From the NCBI GenBank assembly GCA_043827405.1, contig JBDRPD010000039.1:1-64000 (forward strand): DNA of 64,000 nt, written 5' to 3'. Made by a program: the position numbers and the translations under genes. This document shows, in pieces, positions 17,301 to 25,805 of the stretch. The stretch's first letter is position 1; the number at the start of each line of letters is the position of its first letter. The notes beneath the pieces were generated by a model. The model searched no databases and was not told where the DNA came from. It saw only the letters and a program-made list of their open reading frames with translations. This stretch comes from Elusimicrobiota bacterium. GTDB taxonomy: Bacteria; Elusimicrobiota; Elusimicrobia; UBA1565.

Positions 17301-18538
17301 GCAAGGCGCAGGTCAGCATGAGCCCGCAGAGCAATTCGGTGCAATGGTACTCGACGCTTAAAGAGAGCGCCGAGATCGTCCTCGACGCGCCGGATTCCGG
17401 GTCGTGGGTGGAAGTGTGGCGGCTCGACGTCAGCCCGATCTGGAACGTGACGCCGGCGGGCATCCCGGCCGTGCATACGGCGGGAGGCTCCGGTCCGCGC
17501 ATCCGCGAGTGGCGGCCGTGGCCGGGAGAGAAGCTGACGGTCGGCGTGCGCCGGCCGGAAGGCGTGCCCGGCCAGACGCTGACCTTCGATAGCGCCGCGC
17601 TCAAGGTGTCGCCGGGTATCCGCGCAACCGACGCGACGCTGGAGCTGAGCATGCGCAGCAATCGCGGCGGCCAGCATACGATCACCTTGCCGGCGGACGC
17701 CGAGCTGCAGACGGTGCAGATCGACGGCGCCGCCATGCCCATTCGTCAGGACGGACGCAAGGTGACCTTGCCCATCCGGCCGGGAAGCCATTCCGCCCAG
17801 CTGACCTGGCGCGAGAGCCGGGGGATCGGGCTCAGCTACAAGACGCCGGGACCCGATCTCGGTCTGCCCAGCGTGAACACCAGCATCACGACGGCGATGC
17901 CGCGCGACCGCTGGACGCTGCTGCTGTGCGGCCCGGCGCTCGGCCCGGCGGTGCTGTTTTGGAGCCTGCTCGCGGTGTTTTTGCTGGTAAGCGTCGGCCT
18001 CGGCAAGCTCACGCTTACGCCGCTGCGCGCGCGGCACTGGTTCCTGCTGTTTTTGGGCCTGACCCAGGTGCCGGTAATCGTCGCCGCGATCGTGGCCTTG
18101 TGGTTTCTGGCGCTGGGCTGGCGCCGTAAAAAAGTCCGGGAGCGGGCGCGTGAGTTTAACGCGGTGCAGATCGGCCTGGCGCTGCTGACCGCCGTCGCCT
18201 TTATCTGCCTGTTCTCGTCGATCACCAAGGGGCTCTTGGGCATGCCGGACATGCAGATCAGCGGCAACGGCTCGACCGCGATGTCGCTGCAGTGGTACAA
18301 CGACCGCTCCCTCGCGGTCCTGCCGCGGGCCTGGATCTTCTCGGTGCCGCTGATGATGTATCGCCTGGCCATGCTGGCCTGGGCGCTGTGGCTGGCTTCG
18401 GCGATGCTCGGCTGGATCAAGTGGGGATGGGGGTGCTTTACGGAGGGGGGCTACTGGATGACGCTGCCGCCCCGGGTCCCGGCCGCCGGTCCGGTTCCGC
18501 CGCCGGCGCCCAAGCCGGAGGATAAGAATAATAAATGA
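14372..18538 (+). CDS. Large conserved hypothetical membrane protein (1388 aa), internally duplicated
   Basis: Signal peptide; two beta-rich extracytoplasmic halves, each followed by several TM helices; GGGGGA SD-like sequence upstream. Confidence 0.7.
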   Translation: MRASFIRAIAVFLVAAAPGIAAAAPLAVKDVPEPLKPWVEWVLYGHENAKCPFLQGSAQQRQCLWPSQLQLSLHAKGGTFKQVWQVYKEDWISLPGDEKRWPQATMLNGASARVIRRGGRPAILVKPGRHTVSGSFTWDRLPELLQVPADTALLTLSVRERPVSFPVMDDRGQLWLQKTQTVAEGQPRMEIVVHRRVEDDIPLRLFTRVTLKVSGQSREVLLGRALPEGFVPMSLSAPLPARIEPDGRLRVQVRPGNWVLSLDARYEGPAKEITLGGEPGGPWDADEAWVFVSRDSYRLVSVEGVPGIDPQQTELPGDWRRFPAYLMHAGSTMRFAEKRRGDADPSADRLTLDRTFWLDFDGKGLSVQDKINGTLSRSWRLEVEPGTELGRAAVGGQDQFITALDQGGAAGIEVRQGQVNVAADSRLEGGVSSVPAVSWKHDFDKVSGRMRVPPGWQLIHAWGVDDASPTWINMWTLLDIFLLLIIALSVGRLWGWRWGLAAFAAAGVSWHEAMAPRWVWLFILAGEALYRALPEGKFLRWTKIYRWIVWLVLLLIVVPFFIVQVRNGLYPQLERTRRLWGWSPSAVMSMRAMDAAAPQEAALEEGDFELSEDAVSYERKSMRKARSKVQAMRGYSAGSLPGKPRMAQTYAPDPRSRVSTGPGLPNWSWREIALSWRGPVRAGQKMRLLWIPPQGNLLLAVLRIALILALAFGMLGFPVADWLKTLGGREGWRKLAKTVLPLLLLLAPPAAEAAKRPQENDTPPAEILQELRQRLLAVPECSPQCADSPRLHLSVTADRIEGRMHINAAAETAVPLPGGVKQWTPTTVLVDGGPAPGLMRSADGRLWLALAPGSHQILFSGPLPDRETLQLPLPLKSHRVEAAVSGWVLDGLHEDGQADDNLQLTRMRGRGAVKSSTLEPGNLPPFVRVERTLRLGLSWQVETRVIRMTPAGAAVVLEIPLLPGESVTSADVRTAEGKAQVSMSPQSNSVQWYSTLKESAEIVLDAPDSGSWVEVWRLDVSPIWNVTPAGIPAVHTAGGSGPRIREWRPWPGEKLTVGVRRPEGVPGQTLTFDSAALKVSPGIRATDATLELSMRSNRGGQHTITLPADAELQTVQIDGAAMPIRQDGRKVTLPIRPGSHSAQLTWRESRGIGLSYKTPGPDLGLPSVNTSITTAMPRDRWTLLLCGPALGPAVLFWSLLAVFLLVSVGLGKLTLTPLRARHWFLLFLGLTQVPVIVAAIVALWFLALGWRRKKVRERAREFNAVQIGLALLTAVAFICLFSSITKGLLGMPDMQISGNGSTAMSLQWYNDRSLAVLPRAWIFSVPLMMYRLAMLAWALWLASAMLGWIKWGWGCFTEGGYWMTLPPRVPAAGPVPPPAPKPEDKNNK

Positions 18539-19803
18539 CGACGGCGGGAGCGCTGCGGTATCTGGGCGAAAGCAAGGAGGAGCGGCTGAAGTCGCTGCTG
18601 CTGTTCACCTACTTCTTCCTCGTCATCGCGGTGTTCTGGACGATGAAGCCGATCCGCACCTCCAAGTTCCTCTCCATCCTCGGCGTCCAGTTCCTGCCCT
18701 ACATGAAGCTGGGGACGGCCGGGCTGGTGCTGCCCATCATGATGTTCTATTCGGTGCTGTCGCGGCGCTACCGGCGGGAATACCTGGTGAGCGGCTGGTG
18801 CGTTTTCTTCTCCTGGATCGCGCTGGTGTTCTGGCGCCTGTTCTCGGGAGATGCCGCGCCGGCGGTGCATGTCGCCTTCTTCTTCTTCGTCGATATCTAT
18901 ATCACGGTGATGGTGGCGCTGTTCTGGAGCTTCGCCAACGACCTGACCCCGCCGGAGCAGGCGCGGCGCACCTATGGCCTGGTGGGCGCCGGCGGCATCC
19001 TCGGCGGCGTCGCCGGCAGCGCCGCTACCGGCTGGCTGTCCGGCGCCATGGGGCCGCATAACCTGCTGTTCGTCTGCGCCCTGCTGCTCTTGGTCATCCC
19101 CGGGATCGCGCTGCCGGCGGCACGAGCGGTGGAACGCCCGCCCGCGGCGGCGCCGGGTCCGGTATTCGACTGGAGCGCGGCCGTCGCCGGCGCCCGGCTG
19201 ACGTTTAAGACGCCGTACCTGCTGCAGATCGCCGGGATCGTGACGCTCTACGAGATTATCTCCAACCTCGTCGACTACCAGTTCAGCGCCGCGGTGGCCG
19301 TCGCCTATCCCCAGGAGGCGGCGATGGCGGCTTTTCTCGGCAAGTTCTTCACGGTGAACATCGCCGTGTCGGTCGTCTTCCAGCTGATCTTCACTACTTT
19401 GATCCTGCGGCGCTGGGGGCCGAAGGTCGGCCTGCTCATTCTGCCGCTGGTGCTCGGCCTGGGCAGCGCCGCCTTTCTCGCCGTTCCCGTCTTCACCTTC
19501 GCGGCGGGACTGCTCGCCGCCGATTCCATCCTGCACTATTCGGTCAACCAGACCTCCAAGGAAGTCCTCTACACTCCGACCGATGAAAGCGTCAAGTACC
19601 GGGCCAAGGCCTTCATCGATATGTTCCTCTACCGCTTCGCCAAGGGGATCAGCTCGCTGCTGATTCTGGCCACCAACCTGTTTCTTATCCCGCATGGCTG
19701 GCGGCCCGAACACTTGGGCGTCTTCAGCCTGCTGTTCGCCGCGGCCTGGCTGCTGCTGACGAGAAAGGCCAGCGCCGAGTTCGACCTCCGAACCGGGCGC
19801 TAG
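18535..19803 (+). CDS. NTT/TLC-family (ATP/ADP translocase-like) MFS nucleotide transporter
   Basis: MKPIRTSKFL, LFWSFANDL...ARRTYGLVGAGG and SKEVLYTP...KYRAKAFIDMFLYRFAKG; ~12 TM. Confidence 0.8.
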   Translation: MTTAGALRYLGESKEERLKSLLLFTYFFLVIAVFWTMKPIRTSKFLSILGVQFLPYMKLGTAGLVLPIMMFYSVLSRRYRREYLVSGWCVFFSWIALVFWRLFSGDAAPAVHVAFFFFVDIYITVMVALFWSFANDLTPPEQARRTYGLVGAGGILGGVAGSAATGWLSGAMGPHNLLFVCALLLLVIPGIALPAARAVERPPAAAPGPVFDWSAAVAGARLTFKTPYLLQIAGIVTLYEIISNLVDYQFSAAVAVAYPQEAAMAAFLGKFFTVNIAVSVVFQLIFTTLILRRWGPKVGLLILPLVLGLGSAAFLAVPVFTFAAGLLAADSILHYSVNQTSKEVLYTPTDESVKYRAKAFIDMFLYRFAKGISSLLILATNLFLIPHGWRPEHLGVFSLLFAAAWLLLTRKASAEFDLRTGR

Positions 19804-19818
19804 CGGAAAGAACTCTAC

Positions 19819-20190
19819 TCAGTTCCCGGCGCTTTCCCGTACCACCTGTACAAGACGGGATGGAGATATCGGCTTGGGGATGAAGCGTACCTTGGAGGTG
19901 AGGATGGACTTGCGTTCGGTGTCGCTGAGACGCTTGGCGGAAAGGACGATGATGGGCGTCGTTTGGTGGCGGGGATTGCCGCGCAGCTTGCTGATGACCC
20001 CGAAACCGTCAAGGCCGGGCATCATGAGATCGATAACTATGGTGGCGTAATCTTCGCTGTTCAGCTGCTCGACGGCCTGCGCGGGATTGTTGGAGGTGGT
20101 GACCTCGAAGCCCTTGTAGGAAAGCATATGCTCGACGAGCATGGTCATGTCGGGCTCATCGTCGAGGACGAAAATGCGTTTTTTATCCAT
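19819..20190 (-). CDS. Single-domain response regulator
   Basis: VLDDE, IDLMMPGLDG, VLSA, FIPKP. Confidence 0.92.
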   Translation of the reverse strand: MDKKRIFVLDDEPDMTMLVEHMLSYKGFEVTTSNNPAQAVEQLNSEDYATIVIDLMMPGLDGFGVISKLRGNPRHQTTPIIVLSAKRLSDTERKSILTSKVRFIPKPISPSRLVQVVRESAGN

Positions 20191-20354
20191 AAATACGTCA
20201 GAATTTGATTTTACTCAATTTTGTTTACCTTGTCGATCATTTTACCGCGCGGTCACGAGTTCCTTCATGATGTCTTCGGAGTGATTTCATGTAAGTGTCA
20301 CAAATATTTAAACTATTCATAAGTATATCCTGTAACAATCAAGGAAGATTCCTC

Positions 20355-21434
20355 ATGATTCATAACCGACTGAGTCGTTTCGTTACCTTTATAGTGTTCG
20401 CCTTGGCTTGCGCCATGGTCATCCCTCTGTTGGCTCAAGCCCGCATTGTCACACCCTATGTTAAAAAAGACATTATGCGGCGGGCGAAAGTCTGGCATGA
20501 GGTGGATGTCGCCTCCATGGACCTGCTCAACGGACCGCAGGGGGAAGGCTCCTACAAATTCGAGGAGAAGGTTCCCTGCAAATATGAAGAGAAGGATCCG
20601 CGCAACCCTCTCGGCGGGCATTCGCCGAAGTTTCCCTGCTGGGACAAAGAAGGCAACCGTCTCAAGGTGAAGTACAACAATACCGAGGTATACGGCGAGG
20701 TCGCGGCGACGCGGCTGTTCTGGGCTTTGGGCTTCTACTCCGAGCGCATGTACGCGGTGCAGATCGTCTGCGAGAACTGCCCCGAGGATCCGTGGAAGGA
20801 CGACGGCACCCAGAAGCGGGCCGTCCGCACCTTCAAGAGCGCCACCGTGCAGAAGCGCCTCCCGGGCGAGGAGATCTCCGAGAACCAGGGTGAGGGGTGG
20901 TCCTACGACGACCTCGATCTGATCGACGACCGGCGCGGCGGATCCGTCCGGGCGGAGGTGGATGCGCTGAAGCTCCTCTCCGTGTTCGTCAACCATGCTG
21001 ATAATACGCTCAATCAGCAGCGCATCCTCTGCCCGCCCGGCGATGAGAAATGCCTCAAGCCTATCGCCTATGTCACCGATCTGGGCGGGACTTTCGGCGG
21101 CAAAAGCGGCGCCACCGACTACAGCAACTGGGCCAAGAAAATGAGCCTGTGGAAGGACAAGGGCCAGTGCGTGGCGAGCTTCAAGGGGACGTCGGGCAGC
21201 TACCGCGATCCCAAGATCAGCGAGGCCGGGCGCAAGCATTTGGCCGACCTGCTGGGCGCGCTCTCCACGCAGCAGATCAAGGATCTGTTTCGCGGCGCGC
21301 GCTTCGACGCGGCTTCGCGGCACGAACGCATCCCGGGCGCGGACGGCAAGGTGCGCGGCGTCACTATCGATGATTGGGTGCGGGTGTTCACGGCTAAGCG
21401 GGCGGAGATATTATCGGCGAGGTGCCCTGAATGA
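20355..21434 (+). CDS. Secreted HipA/CotH-like atypical kinase-fold protein, first gene of the pel-like operon
   Basis: Signal peptide or TM. GGHSPKF, LKVKY, EVYGEVAATRLFWALG, VNHADN and VTDLGGTFG occur in kinase motif order. Stop overlaps the next start. Confidence 0.55.
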   Translation: MIHNRLSRFVTFIVFALACAMVIPLLAQARIVTPYVKKDIMRRAKVWHEVDVASMDLLNGPQGEGSYKFEEKVPCKYEEKDPRNPLGGHSPKFPCWDKEGNRLKVKYNNTEVYGEVAATRLFWALGFYSERMYAVQIVCENCPEDPWKDDGTQKRAVRTFKSATVQKRLPGEEISENQGEGWSYDDLDLIDDRRGGSVRAEVDALKLLSVFVNHADNTLNQQRILCPPGDEKCLKPIAYVTDLGGTFGGKSGATDYSNWAKKMSLWKDKGQCVASFKGTSGSYRDPKISEAGRKHLADLLGALSTQQIKDLFRGARFDAASRHERIPGADGKVRGVTIDDWVRVFTAKRAEILSARCPE

Positions 21435-22294
21435 GGCCGGCGGCCCGCACGGCTCTCTGCCTCCTGCTGCTGGCGTGCCCGGCAGCGGCGAAAGGCGGAA
21501 AGCGTCCGGATCTTTCCGGAGCGGGCCGCTGGGCGGCATTCTACGGCAAGAACCTCTCCCTGCAGGCTTGGGACTCTCTGGATCTCGCGATCACGGATCC
21601 CGACACCTTCGCCCTGCCTAAATCGACCGGCCCGGTATCTGTCGCCTATATAAGCGTCGGCGAAGCGGACGAGCATCGCTCCTTCTGGCCCGAGGTTCGC
21701 GGCCAGCCTTTCGTCATCGAGCCTAATCCCGAATGGCCGGGCGCGCACCGGGTGGATATGCGCGCCGAGCAGTGGCGCGGCCTGCTGCTGCGCCAGGTTA
21801 TCCCCGCGGCCCTGAAACGGGGCTATCAAGGCGTGATGCTCGACACCATCGACGTGGCGCAATACTTCGAGTCGAGCGCTCCCGCGCGTTTCGCGGGGAG
21901 CATGCAGGCGGCGGTGGACTTCGTCCAGGAACTGCGCCGCCGCCATCCGGAGACGGCGATCCTCATCAATAATGGTCTGCCGCTGCTGGAGCGGCTGGGC
22001 GAAACGATCGACGGGGTGCTCGTCGAGGACCTATATACGCGCTGCCTGCCGGCCGCCGAACGCTGCGCGCCGACGCCGGAAGCGGTCGCGCTCGCCAAGG
22101 AGAAGCTGCTCAAGGATTTCACCGTAAGAACGGGAAGGCCGGTCTTCGTCGTCTTATATGCGCAGCTAAGTGAACGCGGCAGCAAATGGCTGCGGGGAGC
22201 GGTGCGTCGATCACGCCGCATGGGGTTTAAGCCCTATGTCGCCTCTCCCTCGCTGCAGCGGCTCGGCGTGATCGAACCCAACGCGGACAAGTGA
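21431..22294 (+). CDS. Endo-alpha-1,4-polygalactosaminidase (GH114/GH166, PelA hydrolase-domain-like)
   Basis: Signal peptide; AYISVGE, NPEW, GYQGVMLDTID, INNGL, GVLVED. Confidence 0.85.
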   Translation: MRPAARTALCLLLLACPAAAKGGKRPDLSGAGRWAAFYGKNLSLQAWDSLDLAITDPDTFALPKSTGPVSVAYISVGEADEHRSFWPEVRGQPFVIEPNPEWPGAHRVDMRAEQWRGLLLRQVIPAALKRGYQGVMLDTIDVAQYFESSAPARFAGSMQAAVDFVQELRRRHPETAILINNGLPLLERLGETIDGVLVEDLYTRCLPAAERCAPTPEAVALAKEKLLKDFTVRTGRPVFVVLYAQLSERGSKWLRGAVRRSRRMGFKPYVASPSLQRLGVIEPNADK

Positions 22295-24378
22295 GGCTTC
22301 TTTTGCGATTGCGGATAGTCCTGGCTTTGGCGTCTCTGTGCGCGGGCAACGCGGCACCGTCTCCGGCGTCGTCTTGGGACCCGGTGCCGCGGCGGATTCT
22401 CGCGCTCCACAACCCGCCCGCCGGGGTCGACGCGGCGCGGGCGCCGGCGTTTCATCCGCTTCACCTGCATGCCGAGCTGCCGCTCAACTATCTCGGGATG
22501 GAGGTCGAATATGTCGACGCCTCCCGGCCGCTGCCCGACGTCGGCGATCTGGCGGATGTCCGCGGGATCATCACCTGGTTTTCCGCACCGAAAGCGTTCG
22601 CCGATCCGAGCCCGGTCTGCCGCTGGCTCTCGAAGGCGATGGCGCGCGGCATCCGGGTGGCCCTGCTCGGCGAGCTGGGACTGTATTCGACCGAATATCC
22701 GTACCAGCTTTCTCCCGCGTGCGCGGCGGCGCTGCGGACCATGGGGCTGGAGGCGAACGGCAATGCGCACGTCTCTCCGCTGGCGGTCTCGATATCCTCG
22801 TCTTCGTCGCTGCTCGGTTTCGAGCGGCGGCCGGATCTTAGCGAAATGGGACATGTCCCGCTGATCAAGCCCCTGGCGGGAGCCCGCGTGCACATGCAGC
22901 TGGCGCTCCTTGATTCGTCGCAGGAAACGACCGCGCCCGTGCTGCTTTCGCGCGCGGGAGGAGTCGCGCTGCATCCCTTCGTGCTCTACGCCAATAAGCA
23001 GCTTAAGCCCGCGCAATTGCGCTGGGTCATCGATCCTTTCAAGTTCTTCGAGGAAGCCTTCGGGCTCGCGGGCCTGCCGCGGCCGGACGCGACCACGCTC
23101 AGCGGACGCCGCGTCTTCTTCAGCCACATCAACGGCGACGGGTTCTACAACCCCAGCGAGATAGAGCGTCAGAAATTGAGCGCCGAGCTGTTCTTCAGCG
23201 ACATCATCGAGCGCTATCCGGCCAGCCCCGTTACCGTCGCCCTGGTCGCGGGCTACTTCGATATGCAGCTCTATAACGACAGCGCTTCCATCGAGCTGGC
23301 CCGCCGGATGCTAGGGCGGGCGCACGTGGAGCCCGCGGCCCACGGCTACGCTCAGCCGCTTGTCTGGAACGAAGACAAGGTCGCGCTGCAGATTCCGCGC
23401 TACTCGATGGACGTGCGCAAAGAGATCGTCGGCTCGGCGCGCATGATCGAAAAAATAATCCTGCCCGGAGGGGGGCGCGTCGGGCTGTTCCAGTGGACCG
23501 GCGACTGTCTGCCGGCGGAAAACGACATCCTAATCGCCGAGAACGCCAACCTGCTGCACATTAACGGCGGCGGCGGACGCTACGACCGCCGCCATCCCAG
23601 CTATGCCTACTTGTACCCGCTCGGCCGCCGGATCGGGAAGGTGCGGCAGATCTACGCGGCGCAGTTCAATGAAAACAACTACACCGGGGGGGGGACGGCG
23701 CGAGCGTACGGCTACCGCGACGTGATTGAGACCTTTAAGCGCACCGGCTCTTCGCGGCGCGTGAAGCCGGTCAATATCCACGCCCAGATATACAGCGCGC
23801 AAAAATTCGCGGCGCTCAAGGCGCTGCGGCAGGTGGTGGACTGGGCGCTGAGCCAGCCGCTGACCCCGGTTTTTACTTCGCGCTACGTGCGGTCGGCGCG
23901 CGCGTTCTACGATATGCGCGTCTCCCGGCGCGGCCTCCGACGGTTCCTGCTGGCGGGCGGACAGGACCTGCGAACGGTGCGCTTCGACGATATCGCGGGC
24001 GTCCCTGATCTGCGGGCCTCGCGGGGCGTGATCGGCTACCGCCGCGAGGGCGGGAGCCTCTACGTCGCCCTCGACGAGTCGGATCGCCGCGAGATCGTGC
24101 TCGCGGACCGGCCGTATCCCGGCGTGTTTCTCGACAACGCCAACTTCGAGCTCGCGAACTGGCGGCCCGCGGAGGAAGAGGTGCGATTCCGCATGCGCGG
24201 CTGGTGGACCCCGGAATTTACGCTCGGCGGCCTGCGTCCGGGGGGCGCCTACCGCGTCGCCAGCCCGGGGTTTAACGGGACGCTGGCGGCCGATGCGGAG
24301 GGGAAGCTCCGGGTGCTCTTCAGCGCGGCCGCGGAGGGCGGCATCGCCGGCGAGGTCGCGGTGGAGCGGGCGCCATGA
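22291..24378 (+). CDS. PelA-like deacetylase (CE4-like) half, with substituted catalytic motifs
   Basis: Signal peptide; WVIDPFKFF, PRPDATTLSGRRVFFSHINGDGF, WTGDCLP, INGG and NENNYT align with the C-terminal region of PelA. Confidence 0.8.
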   Translation: MRLLLRLRIVLALASLCAGNAAPSPASSWDPVPRRILALHNPPAGVDAARAPAFHPLHLHAELPLNYLGMEVEYVDASRPLPDVGDLADVRGIITWFSAPKAFADPSPVCRWLSKAMARGIRVALLGELGLYSTEYPYQLSPACAAALRTMGLEANGNAHVSPLAVSISSSSSLLGFERRPDLSEMGHVPLIKPLAGARVHMQLALLDSSQETTAPVLLSRAGGVALHPFVLYANKQLKPAQLRWVIDPFKFFEEAFGLAGLPRPDATTLSGRRVFFSHINGDGFYNPSEIERQKLSAELFFSDIIERYPASPVTVALVAGYFDMQLYNDSASIELARRMLGRAHVEPAAHGYAQPLVWNEDKVALQIPRYSMDVRKEIVGSARMIEKIILPGGGRVGLFQWTGDCLPAENDILIAENANLLHINGGGGRYDRRHPSYAYLYPLGRRIGKVRQIYAAQFNENNYTGGGTARAYGYRDVIETFKRTGSSRRVKPVNIHAQIYSAQKFAALKALRQVVDWALSQPLTPVFTSRYVRSARAFYDMRVSRRGLRRFLLAGGQDLRTVRFDDIAGVPDLRASRGVIGYRREGGSLYVALDESDRREIVLADRPYPGVFLDNANFELANWRPAEEEVRFRMRGWWTPEFTLGGLRPGGAYRVASPGFNGTLAADAEGKLRVLFSAAAEGGIAGEVAVERAP

Positions 24379-25805
24379 TCTTCACCCGGCTGGAGGTCGT
24401 CCTCTACTTCGCCGCCATGATAGTGTTCGGCTGGGTGCTCTATCCGAGCGAGTACACCCGCGGCATGATGCTGCGCCAGGATGGGGACCGCAGCGAGTCC
24501 ATAGCTTTTTTCCGCGACTATTTAAGACGCAATCCCTATCATAAGGGCGCCACGTTCGCGTTGGCCAGCGCGTACGAAGCGGCTGGACGCCCGGAGGAGG
24601 GCGTGCCGCCCCTGATGGCGTTCTACCGCCATCGGAAGGGAGATTACGAGACCGGGAAAAAGCTCCTGCGCCTCATGGAGGGCTGCGGCTACACCGACCA
24701 GGTGAAGGACTTCCGCTGGGAGCTGATCAAGGATCTCAAGAACAAGCCCAGCGGTTCGGCTGAGTCTCTGGAGGAATTGCTGTATCGCTCGTTTCAGGAG
24801 GCAGCCGCGCGGCAGGACGACAAGGCGACTTTCCGCGCCCTGATGGACCTCTCAGAGCTGTCCGTTAAAGGCGGCAGCAGCTACCGCGATCAAATGCTGC
24901 GGCTGCTGATGGAGCGCCGCCAGCTCGACCGCGCTTTGGAGATCCTGCGGCAGGCCGCGGCGCGCAAGCCGGAAGATACCAATATCCCGCGCACCATTAT
25001 CCGCATCCACCGCATGCGGGGCGACCTCGCCGCGGCGCTGGCCGTGCTGGACAAAGCAATCCGCGGAGCTCCGAGGAATATTGAGCTGCTGGCGGATCGC
25101 GCGGAGGTGCACGTCAAGAGGCTCGATTGGGACCGGGCGGCTGCGGATTACGAGCGGCTCGCGCTGCTGGAGCCCAAGGAGCGCGCCTGGGTCGAGGAGC
25201 AGGCGCGCTGCCTGATCAAGAGCGGACGGTTCCAGGAGGGCATCAAGGTCTATGAAGATCTGCTCGCGCGCAGCCTCGCTGACCGCAAGTCCTGGATGAA
25301 CATGGTTTACGCCTACGCCGATAACGGCCATCACCTGAAAGCGGCGGAGGTTCTGGAGCGTTTCGTCCGCAAATTTCCCCGGGATCGCGACGCTTTCAAG
25401 ATGCTCATCTACGAATACCAGAACGTAGGCCGCATTGACCGGGCCATGCTCGCCCTCAATTGGCGCCTGCAGGCCGCGCCGGGCGACGCCGAGTATCGGC
25501 TCCGGCTCATCTGGATGCTGCGCGGCGAGGAGCGCTACGACGAGACCCTCCCGCACTACGACATCCTCATTCGTCAGCGTCCGCGAGACCGTGTGCTGCG
25601 GCCCGCGCTGGCTTATGTGCAATCGACGAGCGGCCGGCCGCAGGCCGCGGCCGCCGTGTTTGAAGAGCAGATTCGCCTGTTTCCCGACGATAAGGACTCG
25701 ATGGATAAGCTGACCCAGCTCTATGTGAAGATGGGAGAAGGCAATAAAGCCATCGACCTGCTGCGCCGCCATTTCGACGCGCAGCAGCGTGAGGGGGCGA
25801 AGTGA
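24375..25805 (+). CDS. Membrane-anchored TPR protein (PelB N-terminal-like)
   Basis: N-terminal TM followed by many ~34-aa TPR-like helical repeats; position within the pel-like operon. Confidence 0.7.
   Translation: MIFTRLEVVLYFAAMIVFGWVLYPSEYTRGMMLRQDGDRSESIAFFRDYLRRNPYHKGATFALASAYEAAGRPEEGVPPLMAFYRHRKGDYETGKKLLRLMEGCGYTDQVKDFRWELIKDLKNKPSGSAESLEELLYRSFQEAAARQDDKATFRALMDLSELSVKGGSSYRDQMLRLLMERRQLDRALEILRQAAARKPEDTNIPRTIIRIHRMRGDLAAALAVLDKAIRGAPRNIELLADRAEVHVKRLDWDRAAADYERLALLEPKERAWVEEQARCLIKSGRFQEGIKVYEDLLARSLADRKSWMNMVYAYADNGHHLKAAEVLERFVRKFPRDRDAFKMLIYEYQNVGRIDRAMLALNWRLQAAPGDAEYRLRLIWMLRGEERYDETLPHYDILIRQRPRDRVLRPALAYVQSTSGRPQAAAAVFEEQIRLFPDDKDSMDKLTQLYVKMGEGNKAIDLLRRHFDAQQREGAK

Noticed and set aside
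20191..20354. c-di-GMP riboswitch upstream of the pel-like operon
   Set aside because: I could not identify the conserved GEMM stems or tetraloop/receptor by eye. An Infernal/Rfam scan would be decisive.
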